Shown piece by piece: positions 1 to 10,083 of a stretch of 64,000 nucleotides of DNA. The translations under genes were made by a program, and so were the position numbers. Below the pieces are notes generated by a model. The model saw nothing but the letters and a program-made list of their open reading frames with translations. It was not told where the DNA came from and ran no database searches. Source of the DNA: an uncultured Planctomycetaceae bacterium. GTDB taxonomy: Bacteria > Planctomycetota > Planctomycetia > Planctomycetales > Planctomycetaceae. Positions within the stretch are counted from its first letter, which is position 1. Every line of letters begins with the position of its first letter. The stretch is from positions 40,989 through 104,988 of the forward strand of contig CAWFGE010000009.1 of assembly GCA_963815195.1 (NCBI GenBank). The letters are read 5' to 3'.

Positions 1-1258
1 CGGGCTTTCCCGTCGCCAACTCAATGCAGTGCAAATCCCCCAAGGCCCCCAGCAGATACACGAATCCTTCATGGATCACCGGCGCGGCACGGGGGGCGTT
101 GGTGTATTCGAGCCTGGCCGCCGCGGGAAATTCCAGCGTCCAAGCTTCTTTTCCGTTCGACGCGTGAAAGCAACGGAAAACATCCCGCGTCAAGTCGGCG
201 TCTTTATCCGGCACGACGACAAACCGATCCGTCGCGGCGATTCCCGCCAAAGCCGGCCCGGTGACTTGAGCCGTCCACAGCGTTTTGAGTTTCTTCGGAA
301 ACGTATCCGGCACGAATTCCGACCGCCCATCGCGACGCGGTCCTCGCCAATCGGTCCAGCCTTGATGCTGCGCGGACATCGCCGCCGTTTTTTGTTCCAA
401 CGGTTCAAAGCCTGTCTTCGATTCCAAGGCCTTCAAGAGATCCGGCTGCTGTTTCACCTTCGGCAGCGCTTGGAGAAATTGCTCTTCTTCGGCCTTTGAA
501 ACGTTTTCCGTGGCAAAGAGTTCAATAAACGGCACGGCGTCGGTCGTGCCGATGATACGCAGTTCCCCTTTGGCGATTTTGCCGCAGCCTTCCAGGAGGG
601 GTGGGAGATAATCGGTGATGACGGTGGCATCCGCTTCGCCATCCGAGACGGCAAACACGCCCGCTTCGATGCTGCCGGCCGTTTGTATCGTCACGTCGTT
701 TTGCAGTTTGGCCTTTTCAAGAGCCTTCCTAGCCGCGGCATGCGATTCGGCATCCGCTTTCGGCCCCAAGACGAGCTTTCGTCCTTTGAGATCCTCCAAA
801 GTGCCAACGGGCGAATTCTTGCGGACGACAAACGCGCCTTTCACCGTGAAGGCTCCCGAGGTATTCGTCAACCGGGCGATCGCGCGGACGGCCAGCTTTT
901 CCGATTTCGCATCGAACTCGACCATCGAACGTTTCCCAATAACAAAATCCAGCGTCGTCTTCGCCCGGCGTTTTCCCAATCCCAGACTTTCCTCGAAGAC
1001 GACGTTCACCGGTTGCTCAAGCTCGGTGGATAAAAACATCGCCAGCCGATCGTATCGGCGTTGCCCCAACCCGGGCACGCAGGTGCAGGAAAGCGGTTCC
1101 GCGAGCGGGTCCGTGACCAGTATCGTGAATGTCCGCCGAGGCCCATTCGCCGGAGAATCCTCGGCATCGGCCGATCCCGAAAACGGCCCCCACACCAACA
1201 GCGCGAAAGTGAAGAAGAATCTCCGAAGAGATATGCAGCAGCCGGCTTGCTCGGACAT
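1..1258 (-). CDS. Secreted phosphate/phosphonate-binding-like domain fused to PQQ-like beta-propeller (runs off left edge)
   Basis: My translation from ATG at 1258, which overlaps the upstream stop (TGATG): MSEQAGCC..signal-like..DPLAEPLSCTCVPGLGQRRYDRL..FVVRKNSPVGTLEDLKGRKLVLGP (substrate-binding type), then GWTDWRGPRRDG..PRAAPVIHEGFVYLLGALGDLHCIELATGK (PQQ-propeller type). Absent from the ORF track because it has no stop inside the window. Confidence 0.7.
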   Translation of the reverse strand, partial: MSEQAGCCISLRRFFFTFALLVWGPFSGSADAEDSPANGPRRTFTILVTDPLAEPLSCTCVPGLGQRRYDRLAMFLSTELEQPVNVVFEESLGLGKRRAKTTLDFVIGKRSMVEFDAKSEKLAVRAIARLTNTSGAFTVKGAFVVRKNSPVGTLEDLKGRKLVLGPKADAESHAAARKALEKAKLQNDVTIQTAGSIEAGVFAVSDGEADATVITDYLPPLLEGCGKIAKGELRIIGTTDAVPFIELFATENVSKAEEEQFLQALPKVKQQPDLLKALESKTGFEPLEQKTAAMSAQHQGWTDWRGPRRDGRSEFVPDTFPKKLKTLWTAQVTGPALAGIAATDRFVVVPDKDADLTRDVFRCFHASNGKEAWTLEFPAAARLEYTNAPRAAPVIHEGFVYLLGALGDLHCIELATGKP

Positions 1259-2394
1259 CAGGGTTTCTCCGCAACGGCGGGTTTGGGGGCTAACACGCGA
1301 ATGATGTGGGCGCGCACATCCATCACAAAGATGCGGCTGGCATCGCGATTGACTTCAATGGGGATATAGCACGATTGGGCCGCCAACCGGCTACCGCGAT
1401 CGAACACGGTCGTATCCACATAGCCGACCAGCCCCAAATACATGCCGTCGGCGGAATAGGTCTTCACGCGGCCGACGCCGGATTCGGCGGTATAAAGCAC
1501 ACCGTTCGGCCCGAAATCGAAGTTGACCGGATTGCAACACGCGGCAAAACCTTCGAGGCTTTGTCGGTCGCGGCGGCCCCAGGTGTCGTGCGGGTGGCCC
1601 TCGAAGGAAAACCGATTCACCCGGTGCCGGGAGTTCTCCGCGACCAGGAGCAGATCGCCTTTCGTGTCCAGATCGATATGGGAGCAACAGCCGAATTGCC
1701 GTTTCACGATGAGTTGGGGATCGCTGAAATCCCGGCGGAATCGCACGATGTCTTCCACCGCCCGCAGACTGAATCCATCGCCAAACGCGACGAAGAAGAA
1801 CGTCTCGTTGGCCGTCACGCCGCTGATGTGGGCATCCTTGTACTGCCCCTCCAAAATGCTCGCGGTGTCAAGAACCTGCAGGAGTTTTCCGTCGTTCGCA
1901 AAACGGGCGAGCTTGCCGTGCCCTCCCAAATAGATCGTGCCGTCCTGGCAGCCGTGAATCATTGTCGGCGTGACCGCTGTCATGGGCCACGTGGCCAGGA
2001 CGGTCCCCGCTTCATCGACAACTTTGATGGCATAATTCCGCGGCTCCAGAGGTTCAAGCACGCCCAGACCCCGAGTAAGATGTCGGCGGAGCATCATGTC
2101 TTCACGGGTGATCTTCCGAGGAGGGGCAGGAGGTTCGGGATCCCGCGCCGCTTCCTCGGGATCCCTCGCGGACCAACTCACACCGCAAAGGAGACGGCCC
2201 CGAGAATCCATCGCCATAGTTTCGATCTTGCCGTTCGGGCCGATCTCGAATTGGATCGGGGCAACCTCCCGGTGGGTCGGCTCCTCCAGATTGTTTGCCT
2301 TGGCAACGAGGGCCGCCCCGAAAACAATGCTGGCGGCGCCAATCAGTTTGTATCGCAAACAGCCGGCGGGCGATGACATAGGGAATACCTCCAC
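1258..2394 (-). CDS. Secreted NHL/6-bladed beta-propeller protein with Cys-Cys motifs
   Basis: N-terminal hydrophobic segment; blade-like repeats (LLVAENSRHRVNRF, LYTAESGVGRVKTY); GCCSH and ACCNP motifs. Confidence 0.65.
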   Translation of the reverse strand: MEVFPMSSPAGCLRYKLIGAASIVFGAALVAKANNLEEPTHREVAPIQFEIGPNGKIETMAMDSRGRLLCGVSWSARDPEEAARDPEPPAPPRKITREDMMLRRHLTRGLGVLEPLEPRNYAIKVVDEAGTVLATWPMTAVTPTMIHGCQDGTIYLGGHGKLARFANDGKLLQVLDTASILEGQYKDAHISGVTANETFFFVAFGDGFSLRAVEDIVRFRRDFSDPQLIVKRQFGCCSHIDLDTKGDLLLVAENSRHRVNRFSFEGHPHDTWGRRDRQSLEGFAACCNPVNFDFGPNGVLYTAESGVGRVKTYSADGMYLGLVGYVDTTVFDRGSRLAAQSCYIPIEVNRDASRIFVMDVRAHIIRVLAPKPAVAEKP

Positions 2395-2597
2395 GGTTAG
2401 GAAATGCTGCGGAATTCCCTAGACGGATCTCGGCCTCGGGAGTTGAGGAAGCCGAGCGCAGCAGAATGCGGTCATGCACATCGTCGAAACCGCAAATACA
2501 GAAACGGTCCACATGCAGTTATTCCTCGAAGCGGAACAACTCGCATGGATCCCTCCGGGGGATCGGACATGTCACAGACTTTGCGGACCCGTGCTGC

Positions 2598-3041
2598 TTA
2601 CGTGCGCGGAGGATGCTCAATGCGGAGCGGATAACCATCGGAAAGATGGAGAGCCGCAAACATCGAGAGGGCCCACTGGGCCTTTGGCGATGGCTCGGCT
2701 TCGGCGACCGGTTGCCAAAGGTGGTCGAATCCTGCCGGCGCTCTGGACGTTGGAACTATCGGCACTGGCGGATTCGGATCGCGGCCGCAGTTCGGTCTCC
2801 GGCAAGGCGGAGGGGCGGGCCGGGAAGAATGCGATTCTGAAGAGGTCCGATTGGTGGCCTCTTCATCTATTTCCGTTTTCTTTCCCGCGTGCGACAAATA
2901 GTCCCCGCACGTGGCAAAAACGGATGCGGGCAAGGCGGCGCAGAGGACGAGCGCTAGGCTCGTCCCACAAAACAAAACGCGAGGATCGGGGGAACAGCCG
3001 ATATGAGATTTCGACGGGAATGGAGAATTGCCGATCAACAT
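2598..3041 (-). CDS. Small secreted hypothetical protein
   Basis: Signal-like LALVLCAALPASVFA|TCGDYL and C-terminal RIEHPPR; start codon uncertain. Confidence 0.45.
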   Translation of the reverse strand: MLIGNSPFPSKSHIGCSPDPRVLFCGTSLALVLCAALPASVFATCGDYLSHAGKKTEIDEEATNRTSSESHSSRPAPPPCRRPNCGRDPNPPVPIVPTSRAPAGFDHLWQPVAEAEPSPKAQWALSMFAALHLSDGYPLRIEHPPRT

Positions 3042-3214
3042 ATCAATGCACGATAAAGCGAGAGTCGGTGAATGTCAATCCGGCGACTGATTCGGCTCGC
3101 GGCGACTTCGCAACTTCACGGCGGCGAACCCGCGAAAACATTCGCCAATCTCTTTCACACGTTGGTGAAAGATTCACCGCAACAGTCTGACGTCGACAAT
3201 GAATTCCACTGCGA

Positions 3215-5076
3215 ATGGGAATCCCATCAGGCATATTCTACAACATGGCCAACCGTCCCTGCATGGTGCCGAACCGCTTTTATTATTGGGACGCGTTCAA
3301 CGATCCGGATCGGCGAAGGGCCGGGACCGGCCTGGGGCTGGCCCAACGAATTGACCGTGGTGCCTTGGTATGGAAAGGACGAATTATGACCTGGTCGGCG
3401 GCGAATGCCGTGGGGAAAATCGGACGGGAATACGCGGGGCGTTTGCATGTTTGCCAGGGGTGCAGCGCCGGGGGCGATGTGTCCGATTGGTCGCTGGGAT
3501 AAACCGAAGCCGGTGGCAACAAAATCGAAACCTGCCGTGACGGCGACGCTGGAAACCGAACGCATCGCCCGCGATGTGACCATCGGCATTTCCGCCTTCC
3601 GTCGGCCAGGCTGCGTGGAACGGCTTGGTGAAATCCATTCGCCAGTTCTATCCGACCACGCGAATCATCATCGGCGACAATGGCGATCAGCCCGCAAACG
3701 TGGCCGACGACCATCTGACTTATCTGCGGTTGCCGTTCAACATCGGTTTGTCCGCCACGCGGAATCGGATCGTGGATGCACTTGCAAACGCCATATCTGT
3801 GGCTGTTGGATGACGATTACGAATTCACGGCGGAAACGCGATTGCAGCCGGTTCTTGGATGTGCTGGATGCCGATGACGCATCGGCGTGGTCGGTGGGGC
3901 CTTGGTGGAAGATGGCCAACCGGCTTCCACTTGGGCACAACGCTTGGTGCTGGAAAACGGCGTGCTTGAACGGCAAACCCGTGCGGCGGGATATTCAATT
4001 CGCGGGCCAGACGCAATATCTATCTGGCCGACACCGCCAACAACTTCGCGTTGTTCCGCCGCGAAATGCTGGCCGACCATCGTTGGACCGAACCGCTGAA
4101 ACTTCGCGAACACGCCGATTACTATTGGCGGGTCAAACAGGCGGGCCAGTGGCAGGTCGCCGTTTGCGAACAGGTCCGCTGCAAGCACCTGCGGGTTCAG
4201 TCGCCCGAATATAAGGAACACCGGCATCGGAATCACGAATTCTTAAACACGATGCTGGACCTGTCGGGCCTAAAAGAATTGAACATCCTGCCCGGCAGCG
4301 ATCCCCGCATGGCCGTGGACGGTCGGCCCAACATCGTCGTCTTGGGCGTGGGCAATTCGGGCACCACCATCGTCACCAAAATGCTGCATGCCTTGGGTTG
4401 GCAGGCGGCGGACGCCGATGAGACGTTCGGGGAATCCGTGCGGCTTCGGGACATCAATGAATCGGGGGATTTCAGCGGGGCGGCGGAATACCTGGCCGGC
4501 TTGCCGCAACCGTGGGCGATCAAAGATCCCCGGCTGGTTCGCACGTTGGGCCGTTGGCAGCCGTTCTTATTGCCGTATAAGCCCGTGTTGGTTTGGGTGA
4601 TTCGCGACCGCGAATCCGTGCTGGAATCGAAACGCAAACGCGGTGTGCCGCGGGAATCGGCGTCGGGGCAATACGATTCGCAGATTCGGCAGGCGGGGCG
4701 GTTGTATGCGGCATGGACGGGACCGAAATGCTGGATCGAATATGAACGGTTGGCGGATGCCGTGGGGTTGTGGCGGGATGGGAATGGGAAATTGTCGCGG
4801 GATCGGGCGCGGGAAATTGCCGTGCGGTTGGGGACGGAATTGACGGAAGCGGAATTGGATCGGCTGTATGATGTTGCTTGTGAATTTGCGGGCGACGAAT
4901 GGAAGTACGTGGGCCAGGATGCGGGTGGGCTTTGGATGGTGGCTTCGGGCTTGCCTGCTGGCGTGCGGTTGGTTTGCGAGGGCGTGCGGGCGGATGTGGT
5001 GGAACGGGTGCGGGTGGTGAGGGGAGAATTTGTGGGAAACGGGTTTGCAAAACGCCCACCGGTTGGAAGAACATAA
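3215..5076 (+). CDS. GT2 glycosyltransferase fused to sulfotransferase-like domain (frameshifted)
   Basis: Across frames: DVTIGISAFRRP..VKSIRQFYP..IIIGDNG..FNIGLSATRN..WLLDDDY (GT-A DxD), then RPNIVVLGVGNSGTT..WAIKDPR (PAPS-loop sulfotransferase). Confidence 0.65.
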
Positions 5077-5803
5077 GAACGAATGCGCGAATGTTGCTAT
5101 ACTGAGCCCGAACGATTTTGGGGAGATTCGCATGAGTGCTAACGAAGAAGCGTTTGCTTTCCATACCATCGTGGGTGAACATTCAGATCCACTAATTGAT
5201 ATCAAGCGCGGTGCCAGGAAGATTTTCGGGATTGGATTAAGCCGCACCGGAACGAAGAGTCTGGCGGCCGCGTTGAATCTGGTCGGGGTCAAAACCAAGT
5301 GGTATCCGCAAGATCCCACTACGTTCCAAGAGTTGGCTGCGGGCAATTATCGGTTGAGCATTCTGGAACAGTATGACGCCTTGACGGATACGCCGGTCGT
5401 TCCGTTTTACCCGCAGTTTGACCAATTATATCCAGGCAGCAAATTCATCCTCACGGTGCGAGAGAAAGAATCGTGGCTCCGCTCGTGTGAAAAACATTGG
5501 CGAAACTTGAATCTTCGCGGGTTGGAAACCGACGACGCCCCGGTTTGGCGAAAATTCGCGTTCTTTATTGACTGCTGTGTGTACGGTTGCAATGGCTTTA
5601 ATCCCTCCCGATTTGCCTATGTTTACGACCGGCATGTGGAGAACGTGATGCAGTATTTCGACTCTCGCATCGGCACGGATCTGTTGGTGCTTAATGTATG
5701 TTCGGGAGAGGGATGGGAAAAGTTGTGCCCATTTCTAGGGCTGCAGTCGCGAGCAGGATCCTTTCCGATCGTCAATGATTTCAATTCCGCTCTTTTGGGA
5801 TAG
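5030..5803 (+). CDS. Sulfotransferase family protein
   Basis: KIFGIGLSRTGTKSL PAPS loop; KFILTVREKESWLRS; GWEKLCPFLG. True start is probably downstream of 5030. Confidence 0.85.
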   Translation: MWETGLQNAHRLEEHKNECANVAILSPNDFGEIRMSANEEAFAFHTIVGEHSDPLIDIKRGARKIFGIGLSRTGTKSLAAALNLVGVKTKWYPQDPTTFQELAAGNYRLSILEQYDALTDTPVVPFYPQFDQLYPGSKFILTVREKESWLRSCEKHWRNLNLRGLETDDAPVWRKFAFFIDCCVYGCNGFNPSRFAYVYDRHVENVMQYFDSRIGTDLLVLNVCSGEGWEKLCPFLGLQSRAGSFPIVNDFNSALLG

Positions 5804-5890
5804 CGACATCATTGACTTTAGAAAAGGGTAGAGGAGGGTCGAGGAACGACTTGAGTGGTTTATTATGGCTTAATGGGGGAGTTATAATTG

Positions 5891-6298
5891 TTACGGCGGT
5901 TCGTTATTCAAAAGGCGGAAGTGGTAAGGATAATCCTCTGCGCGTTCCAGCTTTCCACTCTCGTAAAACTCCTCCAATTGATTTGAAATGGATTCTTCCG
6001 AATAATCTCCCCCTTCTATACTCTCTAGATACTGACATAAGCGCCATGCATCAAAAATATCCTCGCCATCAACGATGCCAACATGTGCATCTACTACGGT
6101 GGAATCTTTGTCGCATCGAAAACGGATTCCGACACCGTGGGGGTGAGCTTCCCAAGTTAATTCTTCAAGTTTGATATATTTGGGGACAGTGTCGCGTAGG
6201 TTGAGTTCGTCCAATTGTCCATTTAGATTTGCTTGGAGTACCTTCAGTAGCGCTCGTTGGATTGCAACGAATGTCTTAATTATCTCGATCGTTAGCAT
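5891..6298 (-). CDS. Putative immunity protein of the ParB-like toxin cassette (DUF6896-like)
   Basis: AT-rich; RBS and ATG just after the toxin stop; W..HPHGVGIRF..VD..FDAWRL..Y motif. Confidence 0.6.
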   Translation of the reverse strand: MLTIEIIKTFVAIQRALLKVLQANLNGQLDELNLRDTVPKYIKLEELTWEAHPHGVGIRFRCDKDSTVVDAHVGIVDGEDIFDAWRLCQYLESIEGGDYSEESISNQLEEFYESGKLERAEDYPYHFRLLNNEPP

Positions 6299-6308
6299 AG
6301 TATTTCCC

Positions 6309-7700
6309 TCACCAGCGATGAGATAATCCCAGGTTTTCTGCAGCCTCAGCAGCTTGTTGAAGCAACTTTTCCCCATACTCTTCGCTGACTTCTTCAATAA
6401 TGACAGGGATCTTTTTTATGCCAGCAGAACCAGCCGCTCGTGCTCGGTGATGGCCATCGATGATGATTTTTCGACCTTTGACAATTGCGATCCGAATTGG
6501 CTTAGTTGGATCAAAGCCCTTCGTTTTCATCGACTTCGTGAGTCGTTTGAGTTGGCTGCTTGAAAATTCGCTTTTCAACTGCCTTCCATAAAGTTCTCGT
6601 ACTGGCACTAGTAATCATGTGTCCCCTGTATTATGCACCAAAACGCCAATCCGCCCACTTGGTAAACATGCTCCCCTTGGACTTCCAGGTTATAGACGCG
6701 CTCCGGCTTCTCTCGCGGTAAAGCCTTCACGAATTTGGCGGTATGGCCAGCGGCTTGCAGGGTTTCGCCGGGTTTGAGTTCGTCGGCGCGGATGGTTCTT
6801 GCCGGTCCACGCTCCAGAAGCGGTGGTTTGGTGTGCTGCCGATGGGTTTGGGTTGGCCTTCGATGTAAATGTCGATGACTTGGGCGGCGTCGTGGATGAA
6901 CTTGCCGGTGATGATCGGGCCATCGCCGGGTTGGATTTTTGGGCAGGGGCCGATGGACAGGACCAAGGCTTCGTCATTCACTCCGCACTCGGGAATCGAG
7001 ATGTGGATCCGGCCGCCCGCTTTGGCTTGATTTAGATCCAGCCACCATAGAGGACGCAGCAATTCAATCCGGCAGTTCCCGCCGCTCTCTTTTTCCGCCC
7101 GCAGAATGATCTGCCGCCAGGTCGCGGAATCGACGTCCACGCCGAACCGGTCGTCGAAATCTCCCTTCGGATTATGGGCGTTCGTCCGCTCGCCCACTCG
7201 CACTTCGCCAATGGGCTTGGTATGCGGGCATCGCTGCTCGGCAAGAGGAACGCGATCGCTAATAGCAAGGTAACAATCCCGCCCGTCACGCCGGCCCAGG
7301 CGCGGCCGACCCACTTGGGCGGTTTCTTGCGCTGCCCGGTATCTCTCGGTTTTGGTTTGGGCTTGGTAGGAACTTCCATCGGAATGGCTTCGATATTTGC
7401 AATCGGTCGGGAAATCAGCGGCGGATCTTCCTCCAGTCTATCAAGCAAATGGTTCTCCGTGAACTCCCGAAAGACCGCAGCATGGGCGGTTTCGATTTCG
7501 CTTGGTTCAAGAATCACCGGCCCCTCGCCAGCCAAGGCCGATTGCAATTGCCGAGTGCTCCGGCCCGGAACTAGTTTGTCGAACAGTTCTTCCGCCTTTT
7601 GCTGCATGTCGTTCACGTCGGCCTTTTCCGCGGCCAACGCGGCGAGCGTCTCCGTCAACGCCGCTTGCAAGCCCTCTTTGAGTTCCCTTGAGTTCCCTGA
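6309..7700 (-). pseudogene. Orphan toxin cassette 3: internally deleted stalk/Hint fragment + ParB/Srx-like toxin tip
   Basis: Homologous to 13322-17629 (QAALTETLAALAAEKADV joined directly to EELFDKL); Hint end YNLEVQGEHVYQV..LVHNT near 6630; tip has PIRIAIVKGRKIIIDGHHRARAA; several frameshifts. Confidence 0.75.
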
Positions 7701-7715
7701 GCTACTGACAACACA

Positions 7716-8201
7716 TCAATCGGTAAGTATCAGGCTTATAATAGTTTCTCGATCGTAAAATGAATTTGAAGTATCACCCACTGGGCATAAGTCATACGCT
7801 GCATAGGACCGATCGAATTCCTGCACATCGAAGCTAACGCGAATCGACTTATACTTTGGCTTCACTGCGTTCACAGACAAAACCCGACCCTCTGTCCCAT
7901 AGGGCGCCAGCCCCCGACCTGGGATTGTCACGACGACGACCGGATCCCCTACTTTGTAATGAGATAGAACGGACGCTAGTTCCGCTAAGGCTTGGCATAG
8001 CTGCGAATCCCCACCATTACAATCCATCGCGAAAATCAATACACGGAGTTTCGCAGGGGAAAGGCTACATTTGAGGACTCGTTCGGTAGAATCAACGAAC
8101 TCCGGCAAAGAAAATCCTTGTCCGCGAAGTACCGCTTCCAACCTTGCGAACTGAGATACAGTTAAATTGAGGGAATATTCATAATCCATCCAAATCACCA
8201 T
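7716..8201 (-). CDS. Putative immunity protein of cassette 2
   Basis: Lower-GC ORF directly downstream of the PIN-like tip; no recognisable family. Confidence 0.55.
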   Translation of the reverse strand: MVIWMDYEYSLNLTVSQFARLEAVLRGQGFSLPEFVDSTERVLKCSLSPAKLRVLIFAMDCNGGDSQLCQALAELASVLSHYKVGDPVVVVTIPGRGLAPYGTEGRVLSVNAVKPKYKSIRVSFDVQEFDRSYAAYDLCPVGDTSNSFYDRETIISLILTD

Positions 8202-8211
8202 TAGCGACGTA

Positions 8212-9750
8212 CTACGGAGGACAGAGTTTCTTGAAATGTCCCGAATTTAGTCCAGAAGCTGGCATTTGTTTGCCGATCTTCTCCCAGATTTCGGGGTGAT
8301 GCTTGCTGACAGCCTCAAGAGTCTCCATTGTAGTCTTCAATGCCTGCTCTGGACCGACCTTGTTGCTTGCACGAATAACTTGGTTCATCCCTTGAAGTGC
8401 TTGAAGTTTTCTGTGATCAAGATGCCGCCCTCTTTCTCAACCATCTCACGAATCGCATCGTCGGTCATTCCAGACGTAACCTTTTGCACATTATATCCCG
8501 CATTCGTGAGATCGTCTACCATATAAAAGACATTCTCATCGATCCAGATCATGGGCAGTTCGCCTGTTGTGTTGTGGACGAGTACCCCCAATGGTGAAAC
8601 TCGATAAACGTGTTCGCCTTGGATTTCCAGGTTGTAGACGCGTTCGGGGTTTTCTCTCGGGACGGCCTTCAGGAACTTTATAGTGTCACCGGCAGCTTGC
8701 AGGGTTTCGCCGGGTTTTAGCTCATCGGCCCGCACGAACTCTTGGCGGTCAACCGACCAGAAGCGGTGGTTGGGGGTGCTGCCGATGGGTTTGGCTTGGC
8801 CTTCGATATAGACATCGATGACCCGGGCGGCGTCGTGGATGAACTTGCCGGTGATGATTGGACCATCGCCGGGGGCAATCGGCGGGCAAGGGCCGATGGA
8901 GAGAACCAGGGCTTCGTCGTTCACGCCGCATTCGGGAATCGAGATGTGGACTCGGCCGCCGACTTTGGCTTGATTGAGATCTAGCCACCAGGTTGGCCGG
9001 AGCAATTCGATCCAGCAGTTCCCGCCGCCTTCTTTTTCGGCCCGTAGAATGATTTGCCGCCAGGTCGCGGGATCGACATCCACGCCAAACTTGTCGTCGA
9101 AATCTCCTTTCGGATGATGGGCATTCGACCGCTCGCCCAATCGCACTTCGCCGATGGGTTTCGTGTGCGGCCCGCTGCTACTCGGCAAGAGAAACGCCAG
9201 CGCCAACAGCCCTGTCACTATTACACCGGTCAGCCCGGCCCAAGCGCGGCTGACCCACTTGGGCGGCTTGTTATTCTTCCTGGAACCTCTAGGCTTTGGT
9301 TTCGGCTTGATAGGCGCTTCCATCGGAACGGCTTCGATATTTGCAATCGGTCGGGAAATCAGCGGCGGCTCTTCCTCTAGCGTATCAAGAGAATTGCCTT
9401 TCGTGAACTCCAGAAACACTTCCGCGCGGGCGGCTTCGTCTGGCTCGACAACAACCGGCCCCTCGCCGGCGAAGGCCGGTTGCAATTGCGGCGTGCTCTG
9501 ACCCGGGAAGAGTTTGTCGAACAGTTCTTCCAGCTTAACGAGCAGTTCGCCGAAGGGCATGAAGTTCGTCACGCTATTCGCGAAGGGGTCGAATTCCTCC
9601 GACAGGTCTTCCCCAGTCCCCAGCGAGTTTCCAAAGCGTTTCTTCCACAATTCGTAAGCCAGCGGACTGAGCACTAGAATCCCCAACGCGCTAACCACCA
9701 GAAACACCTTCAGCTTCTCGCCGCCCTCGCCGTCCAGGTGTACTTCGGTC
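8212..9750 (-). pseudogene. Orphan toxin cassette 2: Hint fragment + PIN-like (DUF5615/Mut7-C type) tip
   Basis: Begins at TEVHLDGEGGEK and lacks the Hint Cys1; Hint ends GVLVHNT; tip WIDENV..LTNAGYNV..GMTDDAI..EGGILITENFKHF; continues past a frameshift near 8390 to about 8212. Confidence 0.75.
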
Positions 9751-9773
9751 TATTCGAAATGCGGTTCACAGTG

Positions 9774-9983
9774 CTACGCCAGAATCTCTATTCCAATTAA
9801 TTCCTTTTTCGAATCAAAATCCAAATAGACACGCGGCCCCTTATAGTCTTCAATAATCTCGTGAAGCCCTATCGTTCGGGCCACACAGCCAGATGTAGGT
9901 TGTTTCGGAAATCCAGGTAACTTGATGTACGCAGTAGCTGTATTTGTTGAACTCGCTTCAAACTGAATATTATCAATTGACAT
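9774..9983 (-). CDS. DUF2283-like immunity/antitoxin of cassette 1
   Basis: ATAYIKL..VYLDFDSKKELIGIEIL matches the DUF2283 pattern. Confidence 0.7.
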   Translation of the reverse strand: MSIDNIQFEASSTNTATAYIKLPGFPKQPTSGCVARTIGLHEIIEDYKGPRVYLDFDSKKELIGIEILA

Positions 9984-10083
9984 AGCGATTAGTTACTCCG
10001 GATTGTTCAAGCTGTTTTTCTGCGATTATTTGACAATGAAAAGAGGAATCTCGGCATACAAACGATATTGAATAACTGCCACT

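Noticed and set aside
7775..7790. CCACTGGGCAT partial match to repeat B
   Set aside because: Lacks the upstream CCCAG arm and tail; lies inside an immunity gene.
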